From NCBI GenBank assembly GCA_963783305.1, contig CAWAMW010000016.1, positions 288,001 through 352,000 on the forward strand: DNA of 64,000 nucleotides. Reading direction: 5' to 3'. The stretch comes from an uncultured Gemmatimonadales bacterium. Its GTDB lineage: Bacteria > Gemmatimonadota > Gemmatimonadetes > Longimicrobiales > RSA9. A program made the translations under genes and the position numbers. This document shows positions 41,626 through 53,544 of the stretch, in pieces. Under the pieces are notes generated by a model. That model worked only from the letters and a program-made list of their open reading frames with translations. It was not told the origin of the DNA and did not search any database. The stretch's first letter is position 1; each line of letters starts with the position of its first letter.

Positions 41626-41960
41626 GCCTTGGCCTCCGCATCCTGAGCCTCCGCACGCAGCACCTTGAACACCGCCTCCGCGTAGGCCGTCCAGTCCGTC
41701 GCCCCCCGCCGCAACTGCTTCCGGCCAGGCTCCGTCAACCGGTAGAACTTCGCTCGGCGGTTGTTCTCGCTGAGACCCCAGTCACTCTCGAGCCATTTCC
41801 GCTTCTCCATCCGGTGCAGGGCCGTGTAGAGCGCCCCGTCCTCCACATGGAGCGCATCGTCCGTGGTCTTCCGGATCCACTCCGCCACCGCATAGCCGTG
41901 GCGCGGCCCCCAGACGAGCGCCTTGAGCACCAGCACATCCAGCGTCCCCTGCAGCAGCAT
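41622..41960 (-). CDS. PadR-family transcriptional regulator (ADOP-associated type)
   Basis: LLQGTLDVLVLKAL, HGYAV, GALYTALHR, SENNRRAKFY.LT..GR; ATGA-type overlap with the permease gene. Confidence 0.92.
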   Translation of the reverse strand: MLLQGTLDVLVLKALVWGPRHGYAVAEWIRKTTDDALHVEDGALYTALHRMEKRKWLESDWGLSENNRRAKFYRLTEPGRKQLRRGATDWTAYAEAVFKVLRAEAQDAEAKA

Positions 41961-42125
41961 GGATCTCCGTCCGTGTTCCCAGTGGTCGTCCCCTCAAGCG
42001 TTCAGGGGTAGGACGACCGCAATACGGATAGGGTTGCACGGCGGCGCCGAGGCCACCGGTCCGGTTGCAGTCTCCCCGTACCGCGGTGTAGTCTCCCCTG
42101 GACTCAAATCATCGGGAGACCGTCC

Positions 42126-43724
<1,599 letters not shown>

Positions 43725-43737
43725 CGCAGGAGAAGCC

Positions 43738-44718
43738 ATGGGGACCGCAACCGCCACCGCGCTGATCTCACATCCGGCCTGTGCGCTTCACGATACGGGC
43801 TGGAGCCATCCGGAGCACCAGGGTCGACTGCCGGCCATCACGAAGGGCCTGTACCAGGAGACGCCGGCGCTTCTCGGACGTGCGCTCCAGGAGGAGGCGC
43901 CGCTGGCGACCGAGGCCGACCTGCTGCGTGTGCACACCGACCAGCACATCGCCGGTATCCGGGAGGCGGCGGAGCGGGCGGAGGCGGCCGGGTACCCCCT
44001 CGACCTTACCCACGACACGCGTCTTTCCGGCGCCTCGTGGGAGGCCGCGCTCGGAGCGGCGGGGGCGGCCATCCACGCCGCGCGGCTGGTCCTGGACGGT
44101 CGGGCGGAGACCGCGTTCGCGCTGTCCCGTCCGCCCGGCCACCACGCCACGGCGGACCGCGCCATGGGCTTCTGCCTGTTCAACAGCGCGGCGGTGGCGT
44201 CTCGGTGGGCGCAGGCCGAACGCGGCCTCGAGCGTGTGCTGATCCTGGACTGGGACGTCCACCACGGCAACGGCACCCAGGACATCTTCTACGACGACGG
44301 AAGCGTCTATTACATGTCCTTTCATCTCCACCCCCACTACCCCGGCACCGGTCGCGCGGACGAGACGGGCGGAGGTGCGGGGGCCGGCACGACGCGCAAT
44401 GTGCCGCTGGCGCGGGGGACGGAGCCGGAGCGTTACCGTGAGCTGTTCGATCAGGAGGTGCGGGAAGCGATTGCGTCGTTCCAGCCGGGGCTCGTGATCA
44501 TGTCGGCCGGGTTCGACTGCCTCGCGGGGGATCCGCTCGGGGGGCTGCTGCTGGAGCCGGAGGACCTGCACGGAATGACGCGGCTCGTCATGGAGCAGGC
44601 GGCGGCGGTCGGGGCCGGTGTGGTGTCGTTGCTGGAAGGTGGCTATGTCCCGAATCGCGCGGCGGACGGTGCGGTCCAGGTGGTCCGTGCGTTCGCCGGG
44701 CTGCCGTCGTCCGATTGA
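43738..44718 (+). CDS. Histone deacetylase-family protein
   Basis: HPE...RL, RPPGHHA, GFCLFN, DWDVHHGNGTQ, SAGFD...DPLG, LEGGY. Confidence 0.93.
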   Translation: MGTATATALISHPACALHDTGWSHPEHQGRLPAITKGLYQETPALLGRALQEEAPLATEADLLRVHTDQHIAGIREAAERAEAAGYPLDLTHDTRLSGASWEAALGAAGAAIHAARLVLDGRAETAFALSRPPGHHATADRAMGFCLFNSAAVASRWAQAERGLERVLILDWDVHHGNGTQDIFYDDGSVYYMSFHLHPHYPGTGRADETGGGAGAGTTRNVPLARGTEPERYRELFDQEVREAIASFQPGLVIMSAGFDCLAGDPLGGLLLEPEDLHGMTRLVMEQAAAVGAGVVSLLEGGYVPNRAADGAVQVVRAFAGLPSSD

Positions 44719-44749
44719 CCCGACCGATCGGTTCCGGCACATTCCCGCC

Positions 44750-45601
44750 ATGCTCCGGTCCAGCAAAGATGCGCTCCAAGCCCACACGCCCTCGGCGGTG
44801 GGCCTGACCCGTCTCAGTACCCGACTTTCCTTTCCTCCGGGCGGGGAGCTCCTGTACCGCTCCATCCTGCGAGACGTCCAGCTCTCGGATTCGTCGGAAT
44901 TCGTCATGGTTCCCTGCGGCCGGGGTCGGAGCGCGCTCTTCATCGCCGAGTCCACGGGTGCGGCGGGCGCCGGGGCGGATCCGGACGCGGTGATGGTGGA
45001 GGTCGCAACGCGACGGGTGCGCAGGGCGGGCCTCGCCGCGCGTCTCCATTTCGAGACCGCGCCGGTGGAGGAGCTGCCGTACCAGGATGCTGTGTTCGAC
45101 CTGGCGCTGGGCGAGATAGAGCTGGGCGCAGCGCGGGACCCGAAGGCGGCGGTCAGGGAGCTCGTGCGGGTGACGCGGCCGGGGGGAACCGTGATCCTCG
45201 TGCAGCTCGTGTGGACGCGTGCGCTGGAAGAGGAGCGTCAGGCCGAGCTGGTGGGGCGTCTGGGCATTCAGCCGCTGGTGGTAGTGGAATGGAAGCAGCT
45301 GCTGCGGGACGCGGGGGTGCAGAATGTGACGGTGGAGGACTGGTCGGACGCGGCCTCGTCGCACAGCCAGCCCTCCGTCCTCGGTGGTCTCGCGGAGCTG
45401 TTCACGCTGCGCGGCAAGCTCCGGCTGCTGCCGCGGGCGTGGAAGCGCTGGGGCTGGCGCGGTGTCCGGGTCGTTCTCTCCCGCGAACGGGAGCTGCGGC
45501 ACCTGGTGGAAGAGGAACGAGTGCTGGGTGTGAGCCTGATCAGGGGCACGCTCCCGGCAGAACCTATGGTGGAGGTGGAGGATGAAGAGCACGGCGAGTG
45601 A
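44750..45601 (+). CDS. Class I SAM-dependent methyltransferase-like protein
   Basis: VPCGRG motif-I variant, EELPYQDAVFD, RELVRVTRPGG. Confidence 0.7.
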   Translation: MLRSSKDALQAHTPSAVGLTRLSTRLSFPPGGELLYRSILRDVQLSDSSEFVMVPCGRGRSALFIAESTGAAGAGADPDAVMVEVATRRVRRAGLAARLHFETAPVEELPYQDAVFDLALGEIELGAARDPKAAVRELVRVTRPGGTVILVQLVWTRALEEERQAELVGRLGIQPLVVVEWKQLLRDAGVQNVTVEDWSDAASSHSQPSVLGGLAELFTLRGKLRLLPRAWKRWGWRGVRVVLSRERELRHLVEEERVLGVSLIRGTLPAEPMVEVEDEEHGE

Positions 45602-46781
45602 TTTCGGGGGTCTCAAGGCCCGGCTCGAGGAGATCCAGGCGGGGCTCCGGGAGCAGGGGCTGGACGGCTGGCTCCTCTACGACCTGCACGCGCGGAACCC
45701 GGTGGCGGGAAAGCTCACCGGGGTGGGCGACCTTACCCGCCGCTATTTCGTGCTCGTGCCCGCCAGCGGCGACCCCACCGTTCTCATGCACGGCATCGAG
45801 ACCACGCCGTGGGAGCCGTGGCCCTGGCAGAAGCAGACCTACGTCTCCTGGAAGAGTCTGGACGAGCGTCTGGCGGAGCTCATCGGGGGCAGGAAGGTGG
45901 CCGTCGAGATCATGGAGAACGACGCGGTGCCGGCGGTCGACATGATCCCCGCCGGCGTGGCCGACCTGCTGAGGAAGGCCGGGGCCGAGCTGCGGCCTTC
46001 CGCCGACCTCATCACCCGTTTCTACGCCCGCTGGACCGCGGATGGACTGGCCTCCCACGAGCGCGCTGCGAAGATCCTGGCCGAGGTGGCCCGGGCCACC
46101 TTCGAGCGCGCGGCCGAGGCCGTTGGCGCCGGCCGCGAGGTCACGGAGGGAGAGCTCCACCAGTGGCTCCTGGGGCAGCTCTCCGACCGCGGCGCGGGAG
46201 TCGGGCCCGACGCCATCGTCGCCAACGGCGTCAACGCCGCCAACCCGCACTACGAGAACGGCCCCGGGGGCGCCGTTCTCGAGAAGGGCGACGTCCTCCT
46301 GATCGACCTGTGGGCGCGGGAGTCCGACAGCGCCGTCTACGCCGACCAGACGTGGATGGGCTATCTCGGCGCCACCGTCCCCGACGAGGTGCAGGGCTAC
46401 TGGGAAGCCATCCGGGACGGCCGGGACGCCGCGGTCGAGTTCCTGCATGAGGAGTGGTCAGCCGGGCGCGTCATCCAGGGGTGGCAGGTGGACGACGTCA
46501 CCCGGGCCGTGATCCGGGACCGCGGCTGGGACCGCTACTTCATCCACCGGACCGGTCATTCCATCGACCAGGACGTGCACGGAATGGGGCCGAACATCGA
46601 CAATCTGGAGACCCACGAGACGCGCAAGCTGATCCCCGGGGTGGGCTTCAGCATCGAGCCGGGTATCTACGTTCCCGGGACGGTCGGCCTCCGTACGGAG
46701 ATCGACGTGTTCATGTCGGAGCACGGGCCGCGGGTGACTACGCCGGAGCCGCAGGCGCAGATCTTCACGCTGCTGCCCTGA
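45582..46781 (+). CDS. M24-family (Xaa-Pro) aminopeptidase
   Basis: ANPHY, LIDLW, YADQTW, HRTGHSI, FSIEPGIY, RTE. Confidence 0.9.
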   Translation: MKSTASDFGGLKARLEEIQAGLREQGLDGWLLYDLHARNPVAGKLTGVGDLTRRYFVLVPASGDPTVLMHGIETTPWEPWPWQKQTYVSWKSLDERLAELIGGRKVAVEIMENDAVPAVDMIPAGVADLLRKAGAELRPSADLITRFYARWTADGLASHERAAKILAEVARATFERAAEAVGAGREVTEGELHQWLLGQLSDRGAGVGPDAIVANGVNAANPHYENGPGGAVLEKGDVLLIDLWARESDSAVYADQTWMGYLGATVPDEVQGYWEAIRDGRDAAVEFLHEEWSAGRVIQGWQVDDVTRAVIRDRGWDRYFIHRTGHSIDQDVHGMGPNIDNLETHETRKLIPGVGFSIEPGIYVPGTVGLRTEIDVFMSEHGPRVTTPEPQAQIFTLLP

Positions 46782-46794
46782 GGAGAACGCGCGG

Positions 46795-47445
46795 ATGGCG
46801 AATGAGGGGCACGAGAAGGAGGCGGGCACCGGCGATCGCGACCGGACGGGCGTGGCGCCCGGGGGGCTCTACCTGTACGGTGTGGCCCGCACGCGCTCCT
46901 GGCGCTCGGCGGGCGCGGAAGCGGAAGGGCTGGTCAAGGTCCGCTACCGCGACCTCGAAGCGCTGGTCCGGCCCGTTCCCTACGCGATCCCGCGCCTCGA
47001 CGACCAGGGCGTTCGGGAGCACCAGCGGTTCGTCGAGTCGGCCATGCGCCGTGGCACCATTCTCCCCGCCCCGTTCGGGATCGTCTTTCGCGGCCGCCGG
47101 GCCGCCATCCGGTTCCTGGAGGACCAGTACATCTCGCTGGACGAGGGGCTGGCGTTCCTCGATGGCCACTGGGAGCTGCGGCTCCACGTGGCCGGCGACG
47201 AGGACGACAGCGAGCTCCGGGAGGTCACTACCCACCTGTATTCCGAGCTCCGGCGCTTCGCCCGCGCCGCCATCCCGCTGGAGGCCGGCGAGGGCCGGCT
47301 CATGAGTGCGGCGTTCCTGGTGGAGCGGGGCTCGTGGATCGAGTTCGTCGAGCGCAGCGACGACCTCGATCTGGCCCACCCCGGCCTCGTGTTCGACGTC
47401 ACCGGCCCCTGGCCCGCCTACGATTTCGTCAGGATCCAGGTCTAG
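46795..47445 (+). CDS. GvpL/GvpF-family protein
   Basis: YLYGV, H.RFVE..M...TILPAPFG, AAFLV and VTGPWPAYDFV motifs. Confidence 0.78.
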   Translation: MANEGHEKEAGTGDRDRTGVAPGGLYLYGVARTRSWRSAGAEAEGLVKVRYRDLEALVRPVPYAIPRLDDQGVREHQRFVESAMRRGTILPAPFGIVFRGRRAAIRFLEDQYISLDEGLAFLDGHWELRLHVAGDEDDSELREVTTHLYSELRRFARAAIPLEAGEGRLMSAAFLVERGSWIEFVERSDDLDLAHPGLVFDVTGPWPAYDFVRIQV

Positions 47446-47451
47446 CGCCCC

Positions 47452-49725
47452 ATGCTCGTAGAGGTGGCGCTCCCGCTCCCGATGCCGCGGACCTTCACCT
47501 ACCGGAGCGACGGCCCGGTAGCGCCCGGCACGCGCGTCGAAGTGCCATTCGGCCCACGCCGGCTCGTGGGCTGGGTCATGGGACCGGCACAGGACGGGCC
47601 CGAGGTCGCCCGGGTCCGCGACGTCCGGCGTGTGCTGGAAGATCGGCCCAGTGCCGACGACCATCTACGACGCCTCGCCCACTGGGTTGCCGACTACTAC
47701 ATATCCTCCGTGGGGCTGGTGCTGCGCGCCGCGCTCCCCAATCCCATGACCGACGCCGGCGCCGACCCGGTCAAGACCCGCCGCGTCCTGCACCTCACCC
47801 GTGAGCTGCCGAGCCTCACTCTCCGCGATGAGGTCTTCGGCCGCGCCCAGCGCCAGCGCGAGTGCTTCGAGTTCGTCGAAGCGGCCGGCGCCACCGCGCC
47901 CGTGACCCAGCTCACCGCACAGGGCTTCTCCTACGCCGTGATCAACGGCCTCGTGGAGCGCGAGGTGGCGGAGATCAGAGAGGAGGTGGTGGAGCGGGAT
48001 CCGTTCTCAGACCTTCCCACGAGCGAGGCGCCGCTTCCAACTCTCACCGCCGCGCAGGCCGCCGCACTGACACCGCTCCTCGATGCCGCCACGGCCGACG
48101 GCGGCACCTTCCTCCTTCGCGGCGTGACCGGCTCCGGCAAGACCCGGGTCTACATCGAGCTCCTCCGCGAGGTCGTCGGCCGCCAGGGGAAGGGGGCGAT
48201 CGTGCTGGTCCCCGAGATCGCCCTCACCCCCCAGACCGTGGGGCGGTTTCGGTCCCAGTTCGGCGAGGACGTCGCCGTGCTCCACTCCGCGCTCTCGGAG
48301 GGTGAGCGCTATGACGCCTGGCGCATGCTGCGCTCCGGGGAGCGCCGAATCGCCGTGGGCGCGCGTTCCGCCGTGTTCGCCCCCGTACGCGACCTCGGCG
48401 CCATTGTGGTGGACGAGGAGCACGAGGGCAGCTACAAGCAGGGTGAAGCGCCCCGATACCACGCCCGCGAGATCGCCATTGTCCGCGCCCGCATGACCCG
48501 TGGCGTGTGCCTCCTGGGCAGCGCGACGCCCGCCCTCGAGAGCTGGGCCAATGTGCGGAAGGGTAAGTTCTCGCTCCTCGAGCTGCCCGACCGTGTGGAG
48601 GGGCGGCCGCTGCCCACCGTGGAGGTAGTGGACCTCCGCGCGGGGAAGGACGCGGGCGGCGCTCGGGCCGGCGGGCGGTCCGGTGGCTCCAGGGCGGGTG
48701 CGGACGGCGGCGCAGCGGTGGCCCGCGTGCTCTCACCTCCGCTCGTGGCGGGGATCCGGGATCGGCTCGCGCTGGAGGAGCAGACGATCCTGCTCCTGAA
48801 CCGCCGCGGGTACGCGAGCTTCGTGCAGTGTCGCGACTGCGGCCACGTCTGGCAGTGCCAGCGGTGCAACGTGTCGCTCACCTACCACCGCACTCGCCGC
48901 CGACTGATCTGCCACTACTGCTTCCATGAGCAGGCGCCCCCCTCCCGCTGCGAGGAGTGCGGCTCCGAGAGCCTCTCGTTCCGGGGCCTCGGCACCGAAC
49001 AGGTCGAGCGCATCGTCGCGGAGACGTTTCCCACCGCGCGGGTGGCTCGCATGGACGTCGATACGACCTCCGGCAAGTGGTCGCACCACGAGATCCTCGG
49101 CAGGGTCGAGCGGCGCGAGATCGACATCCTCCTCGGCACGCAGATGATCGCCAAGGGCCTCGATTTCCCCCACGTCACGCTCGTGGGCGTCATCAACGCC
49201 GACGTCGGCATGAACCTGCCCGACTTCCGCGCGGGCGAGAGGACCTTCCAGCTGCTCACTCAGGTGGCCGGACGCGCCGGACGCGGCACGCGACCCGGCC
49301 AGGTCCTGGTCCAGACCGCGCTCCCCGGACACTACGCCGTCCGCCGCGCCCTCGAGCACGATTATCTGGGGTTCGCCGAGCGGGAGCTGGAGGAACGGAA
49401 GGAGCCCGAATACCCCCCCCACACCCGCCTCGCCAATGTCGTGATCAGCGGCACCGACGAGGTCCGCGTGCAGGAGGCGGCGGAATCGCTGGCCAGGTGG
49501 ACCGCCGACGCCGTACGCCAGCTCCGCGCCGGCACCGTGGGGCTCCTCGGGCCCGCACCGTGCGCCATCGATCGGATCCGCGACCGCTGGCGCTGGCACT
49601 TCCTGCTGCGCAGCCACAGTGCCCGCAGACTGGGCGCGGTCTGTCGGGCCCTCTACGAGACCCATGGCACGGGCAGCGGCGCAATTCGCGTCACTGTAGA
49701 CCGCGACCCCGTGGCGCTTCTATGA
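47452..49725 (+). CDS. priA: Primosomal protein N'
   Basis: GVTGSGKT, VPEIALTPQ, DEEHE, SATP, four CxxC pairs, GTQMIAKGLDFP, QVAGRAGR. Confidence 0.96.
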   Translation: MLVEVALPLPMPRTFTYRSDGPVAPGTRVEVPFGPRRLVGWVMGPAQDGPEVARVRDVRRVLEDRPSADDHLRRLAHWVADYYISSVGLVLRAALPNPMTDAGADPVKTRRVLHLTRELPSLTLRDEVFGRAQRQRECFEFVEAAGATAPVTQLTAQGFSYAVINGLVEREVAEIREEVVERDPFSDLPTSEAPLPTLTAAQAAALTPLLDAATADGGTFLLRGVTGSGKTRVYIELLREVVGRQGKGAIVLVPEIALTPQTVGRFRSQFGEDVAVLHSALSEGERYDAWRMLRSGERRIAVGARSAVFAPVRDLGAIVVDEEHEGSYKQGEAPRYHAREIAIVRARMTRGVCLLGSATPALESWANVRKGKFSLLELPDRVEGRPLPTVEVVDLRAGKDAGGARAGGRSGGSRAGADGGAAVARVLSPPLVAGIRDRLALEEQTILLLNRRGYASFVQCRDCGHVWQCQRCNVSLTYHRTRRRLICHYCFHEQAPPSRCEECGSESLSFRGLGTEQVERIVAETFPTARVARMDVDTTSGKWSHHEILGRVERREIDILLGTQMIAKGLDFPHVTLVGVINADVGMNLPDFRAGERTFQLLTQVAGRAGRGTRPGQVLVQTALPGHYAVRRALEHDYLGFAERELEERKEPEYPPHTRLANVVISGTDEVRVQEAAESLARWTADAVRQLRAGTVGLLGPAPCAIDRIRDRWRWHFLLRSHSARRLGAVCRALYETHGTGSGAIRVTVDRDPVALL

Positions 49726-49791
49726 CCGATGGAGTAAACTAGAGAGCCGGAATCCGCAGGGTCCTCGTGGGAAGGAGACTGAATCACGAGC

Positions 49792-50385
49792 ATGGGTTGT
49801 CTGGCTCTCAACGCTTCGTTCGAGCCGCTCACGATCCTCTCCGTTCGTCGGGCGCTTCGCCTCGTGATCGACCGCAAGGCCGAGATCCTCGAGGTGGACG
49901 AGTCCCGGCTCTATCGCTCGGAGCGGCGGGAGATGCCCTGTCCCGTGGTTATCCGGCTGGTCCGGTATGTCCACGTGCCCCGCAAGTTCCGCAGGCAGGT
50001 CACCAACACCTTCCTCTTCGCTCGGGACGGCTACCGGTGCCAGTACTGCGGTCGTCACCGCTCCGAGCTCAAGGGTCGGGAGTTCCTCACCCGCGACCAT
50101 GTCGTTCCGGTCTCCCGCGGCGGTGCCAATGACTGGGGCAACGTCGTGGCCGCCTGCTCGCCCTGCAACAACCGCAAGGGCCACCGCCTGCCCAGGGAAG
50201 TGGGCATGAAGCTCCAGACGGTACCGACGGAGCCGAACCACGTCGAGCTGGTCTGGGCGGTGCGGCGGATCACGGCGGTGCAGGCGAAGTACATCAGCAT
50301 GTTCTACGGCGAGGAGGTGCTGCGTGCGTTGAAGCCGCACCTTACGGACGCCGAGGAGCAGGATCGCGCCCCTTCCGCAGCCTAG
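49792..50385 (+). CDS. HNH endonuclease (McrA-like)
   Basis: LNASFEPL, RDGYRCQYCG, TRDHVVP.SRGG...W.NVV.AC..CN.RKG. Confidence 0.9.
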   Translation: MGCLALNASFEPLTILSVRRALRLVIDRKAEILEVDESRLYRSERREMPCPVVIRLVRYVHVPRKFRRQVTNTFLFARDGYRCQYCGRHRSELKGREFLTRDHVVPVSRGGANDWGNVVAACSPCNNRKGHRLPREVGMKLQTVPTEPNHVELVWAVRRITAVQAKYISMFYGEEVLRALKPHLTDAEEQDRAPSAA

Positions 50386-50425
50386 TTCCCTGTCTCCCGC
50401 CGCGCCTCGCTGACTCCTCCGGGTT

Positions 50426-51103
50426 CTATCCCCAGCCCCCCATCACCGCCGCGCCCGCCGCCACGAGCATCAGGAAGGCGAACATCATGAGGCCGATGAG
50501 GAGGGCGAATGGGAGCAGGATCGCCACCGCCGGCTTCCAGCCCTCGGTCCCATGGGCTTCGCGGAGCCCGATGATGAGCAGCACGACCATCCAGATCGAT
50601 CCGACGGGCCCGCCGATGAGCGGGACGACAGCGAAGAGGCCGGGGCTGTAGGCATAGCAGAACGTACGCACGGTGGTGCCGAAGCCGTGCTGCCCGTCGC
50701 CCAGGACGCGCAGGAGCGCGTGCGCCATCCCGGCGGCCACGAACAGTATCGCCAGGAGGAGGGCGGGAGTGAGGAGGAAGGTGGTGATCGGACTGATGGC
50801 CTCGATCCCGAGCCGGCTCGCGAGCTCCCCTCCCTGACCCGCGCCGGCGAAGAGGGAGAGCGATTCCCAGAATAGGTTGGCGCCGGCTACCAGGAAGACG
50901 ATGGAGAGGTAGTAGACGAGCGCGGCCCCGGTCCCGCGGTCGCGGGGCAGGAGCCGGAAAAAGGCCGCGGGCTCGAACGTGGCCCGCTTCCACGTCAGGC
51001 CGAACGCTGGCAGTACCGGTTCCTCTTCCGCCGGCGGCCATGGAAACGGCGCCGCGCCGGCTGCCAGCACAGTCGCTTCGCCGTACTCCCAGCTGTCACT
51101 CAT
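50426..51103 (-). CDS. YIP1-family membrane protein
   Basis: P..FF motif, five TM helices, T.R..CYA.SP....VP.IG pattern. Confidence 0.7.
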   Translation of the reverse strand: MSDSWEYGEATVLAAGAAPFPWPPAEEEPVLPAFGLTWKRATFEPAAFFRLLPRDRGTGAALVYYLSIVFLVAGANLFWESLSLFAGAGQGGELASRLGIEAISPITTFLLTPALLLAILFVAAGMAHALLRVLGDGQHGFGTTVRTFCYAYSPGLFAVVPLIGGPVGSIWMVVLLIIGLREAHGTEGWKPAVAILLPFALLIGLMMFAFLMLVAAGAAVMGGWG

Positions 51104-51105
51104 TT

Positions 51106-51507
51106 TTACCCGTTCAGCCAGCTGCGCACTTTCTCCAGGAGTGTCCCGGAGTTGATGGGCTTGGGCAGAAAGTCGTTGGCCCCGGCATCCAGCGCCAGCG
51201 ACCGGGCCCCGTCCATCGCCGTCAGGGTGATGATGGGGATCTCACGCGTCTCGGGAAAGCCGCGGAGCTGGCGGGTGGCCTCGAACCCGTCGAGCTCCGG
51301 CATCATGATGTCCATGAGGATGAGGTCCGGTGCCGACTGCCGCGCGAGGGTCACGGCCTCCCGACCATTCACGGCGGGGATCACGTGGAATCCGAAGGCC
51401 TCGAGGAGCGCGCTCAGGGCTTCACGACTGTCCATGTGATCCTCGGCGATGAGGATCTTCGGCTTCGGGTCCTTGCCGTTCTTTGAGTCGCGGCTGATCT
51501 GCGCCAT
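51106..51507 (-). CDS. Single-domain response regulator
   Basis: ILIAED, DLILMDIMMPELDG, LTA, KP. Confidence 0.9.
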   Translation of the reverse strand: MAQISRDSKNGKDPKPKILIAEDHMDSREALSALLEAFGFHVIPAVNGREAVTLARQSAPDLILMDIMMPELDGFEATRQLRGFPETREIPIITLTAMDGARSLALDAGANDFLPKPINSGTLLEKVRSWLNG

Positions 51508-51658
51508 CGAGTGGAACCGGATTGAGTCTGGTAGGCCGCAGCACGAGGTGGGACGGCCCTGTTGGGAATGAGCCGAGGCAAAAATTGCGCCGACACCTGC
51601 CGTTTCGGACACCTCGATCCCTTTACGCCCGTAGCCCGGTAGCCTAGCTTCTCCACTC

Positions 51659-52081
51659 ATGAGCGTGGCTTATCTGACGCGGCGGGTCACCTTCTCCGCG
51701 GCCCATCGGTACTGGCGGAACGACTGGACCGAAGAGCGCAATCGTTCGGTTTTCGGCGCGTGCGCCAACCCGCACGGCCACGGGCACAACTACGACCTCG
51801 AGGCCACGGTGGAGGGAGAGATCGACGCCGACACGGGCTTCGCCGTGGATCTGGGCGCGCTCGACCGCGCGCTCCACGACGCCGTCGTCGCGCCGCTCGA
51901 CCATCAGCACATCAACCACGCCGTGCCCGGGTTCGGCGCCGAGGGGCGCGTGCCGACCACGGAGAACCTGGCCGCCTGGGCCTGGACCCGGATCCAGGCG
52001 CGGCTTCCGGGCGGCACGCGACTCCACCGCGTGCGGTTGCGTGAGGACGAGGACCTCTACGTCGATTTCTTCGGCGGTTGA
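51659..52081 (+). CDS. queD: 6-carboxytetrahydropterin / 6-pyruvoyltetrahydropterin synthase
   Basis: FSAAHR, CANPHGHGHNY, LDH, TTENLA. Confidence 0.85.
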   Translation: MSVAYLTRRVTFSAAHRYWRNDWTEERNRSVFGACANPHGHGHNYDLEATVEGEIDADTGFAVDLGALDRALHDAVVAPLDHQHINHAVPGFGAEGRVPTTENLAAWAWTRIQARLPGGTRLHRVRLREDEDLYVDFFGG

Positions 52082-52443
52082 GCCGGGAGGGCGATCTGAG
52101 CAACGACGAATCGGAAGAAGGGAAGGGGCCGGTCCCCGTCCGTGACCTGATGCGGGGCACGACCGCCCACGAGGAGCCGGCGGGAGACCCCCGGTGGGAT
52201 GGCGCCGACCGGGAGTTCGAGATGGACGGCGAGACCTGGACCGCTCGACCCGCGGGCGCCGGTGCGTACGGAACCGGACGGATGGGATCCGCCAGACTCC
52301 TCGCGATCCACTTCGTTCGGACCCGTCAGCCAGAGCGGCCGGTGCGGGAGGCGCTGCTCCCCGCGGGCGAGTTTCCAACCTTGCGCGAACCGGAGCTCCG
52401 CACCCTCTTCCACCGGGCGACGGTCATCGACCTGGAGTCGTGA
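52078..52443 (+). CDS. Hypothetical protein
   Basis: TTGA overlap with queD; coding-like GC3. Confidence 0.6.
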   Translation: MSREGDLSNDESEEGKGPVPVRDLMRGTTAHEEPAGDPRWDGADREFEMDGETWTARPAGAGAYGTGRMGSARLLAIHFVRTRQPERPVREALLPAGEFPTLREPELRTLFHRATVIDLES

Positions 52444-52522
52444 CACTGAGCTCGATCCGGCGAACCGCCCCCGACGGTGCGTCCAGCAAAACCTGTCCAT
52501 TAACCCAAGAGCTGAAGTCTAG

Positions 52523-53533
52523 ATGCCGGAGAACAAGCGAGTACTGACGGGCGACCGACCCACGGGCCGGCTGCACCTGGGTCACTGGGTAGGCAGCATC
52601 CAGAACCGGGTGCGCCTCCAGGCGGAGATGGAGTGCTACTTCATCATCGCAGACCTGCATACCCTGACCACAAAACCGGAGAAGGAGCACCTCGCCCAGG
52701 TCCCCGGGATGATCCGCGAGATGGTCCTCGACTATCTCGCACTCGGGATCGACCCCGATGCAAGCACCATCTTCGTCCAGTCCGCTGTGCCGGAGACCGC
52801 CGAGCTCAACCTGATCTTCGAGATGCTGGTGACGCTCCCGCGCCTCGAGCGCCTCCCCACCATCAAGGACATGGCCCAGGCCGCCGACCTCGACGTGCTC
52901 CCGTTCGGCCTCGTCGGCTACCCCGTGCTGCAGGCGGCTGATATCCTCCTGCCCCGCGCCCACGTCGTGCCCGTGGGCAGGGATAATCTCTCGCACGTAG
53001 AGATCACCCGCGAGATCGCCCGCCGCTTCAATTACCTCTACGGCGACGTGTTTCCCGAGCCTGAGCCTCTCATCGCCGGGGAGGCCGTCCTGCCCGGGAT
53101 CGATGGCCAGAGCAAGATGTCGAAGTCCCTCGGAAACGCCATTCTGCTGAGCGACGATGAGAAGACCGTGACCCAGCAGGTCATGAAGATGTTCACGGAT
53201 CCGAACCGGGTGCGGGCTGACATCCCCGGTCGGGTGGAGGGGAACCCGGTCTTCATCTTCCACGACCTGTTCAATCCGGACGTGGCGGAGGTGGACGACC
53301 TGAAGGAGCGTTACCGCACCGGCACGGTGGGGGACGTGGAGGTGAAGCGAAAGCTGGCGAGTGCCCTGAACGACTTCCTGGCCCCCGTCCGGGAGCGGCG
53401 AGCGGAGTTCGCGGAGCGCGAGGGGCTGGTGGAGGAGATACTCCACGCCGGCAACGAGGCGATGCGGGCTGTGGCAAGGGAGACGATGGAGAAAGTTCGC
53501 GAGGCCATGGGCCTCACCTACTACCGGGATTGA
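52523..53533 (+). CDS. trpS: Tryptophan--tRNA ligase
   Basis: [32 protein letters not shown]. Confidence 0.96.
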   Translation: MPENKRVLTGDRPTGRLHLGHWVGSIQNRVRLQAEMECYFIIADLHTLTTKPEKEHLAQVPGMIREMVLDYLALGIDPDASTIFVQSAVPETAELNLIFEMLVTLPRLERLPTIKDMAQAADLDVLPFGLVGYPVLQAADILLPRAHVVPVGRDNLSHVEITREIARRFNYLYGDVFPEPEPLIAGEAVLPGIDGQSKMSKSLGNAILLSDDEKTVTQQVMKMFTDPNRVRADIPGRVEGNPVFIFHDLFNPDVAEVDDLKERYRTGTVGDVEVKRKLASALNDFLAPVRERRAEFAEREGLVEEILHAGNEAMRAVARETMEKVREAMGLTYYRD

Positions 53534-53544
53534 AGGAGGTTCGG

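Noticed and set aside
49792..50385. HNH gene as a Cas9/IscB, homing or defence nuclease
   Set aside because: It is a short stand-alone McrA-like HNH with no RuvC motifs, intron, ncRNA or methylase partner.
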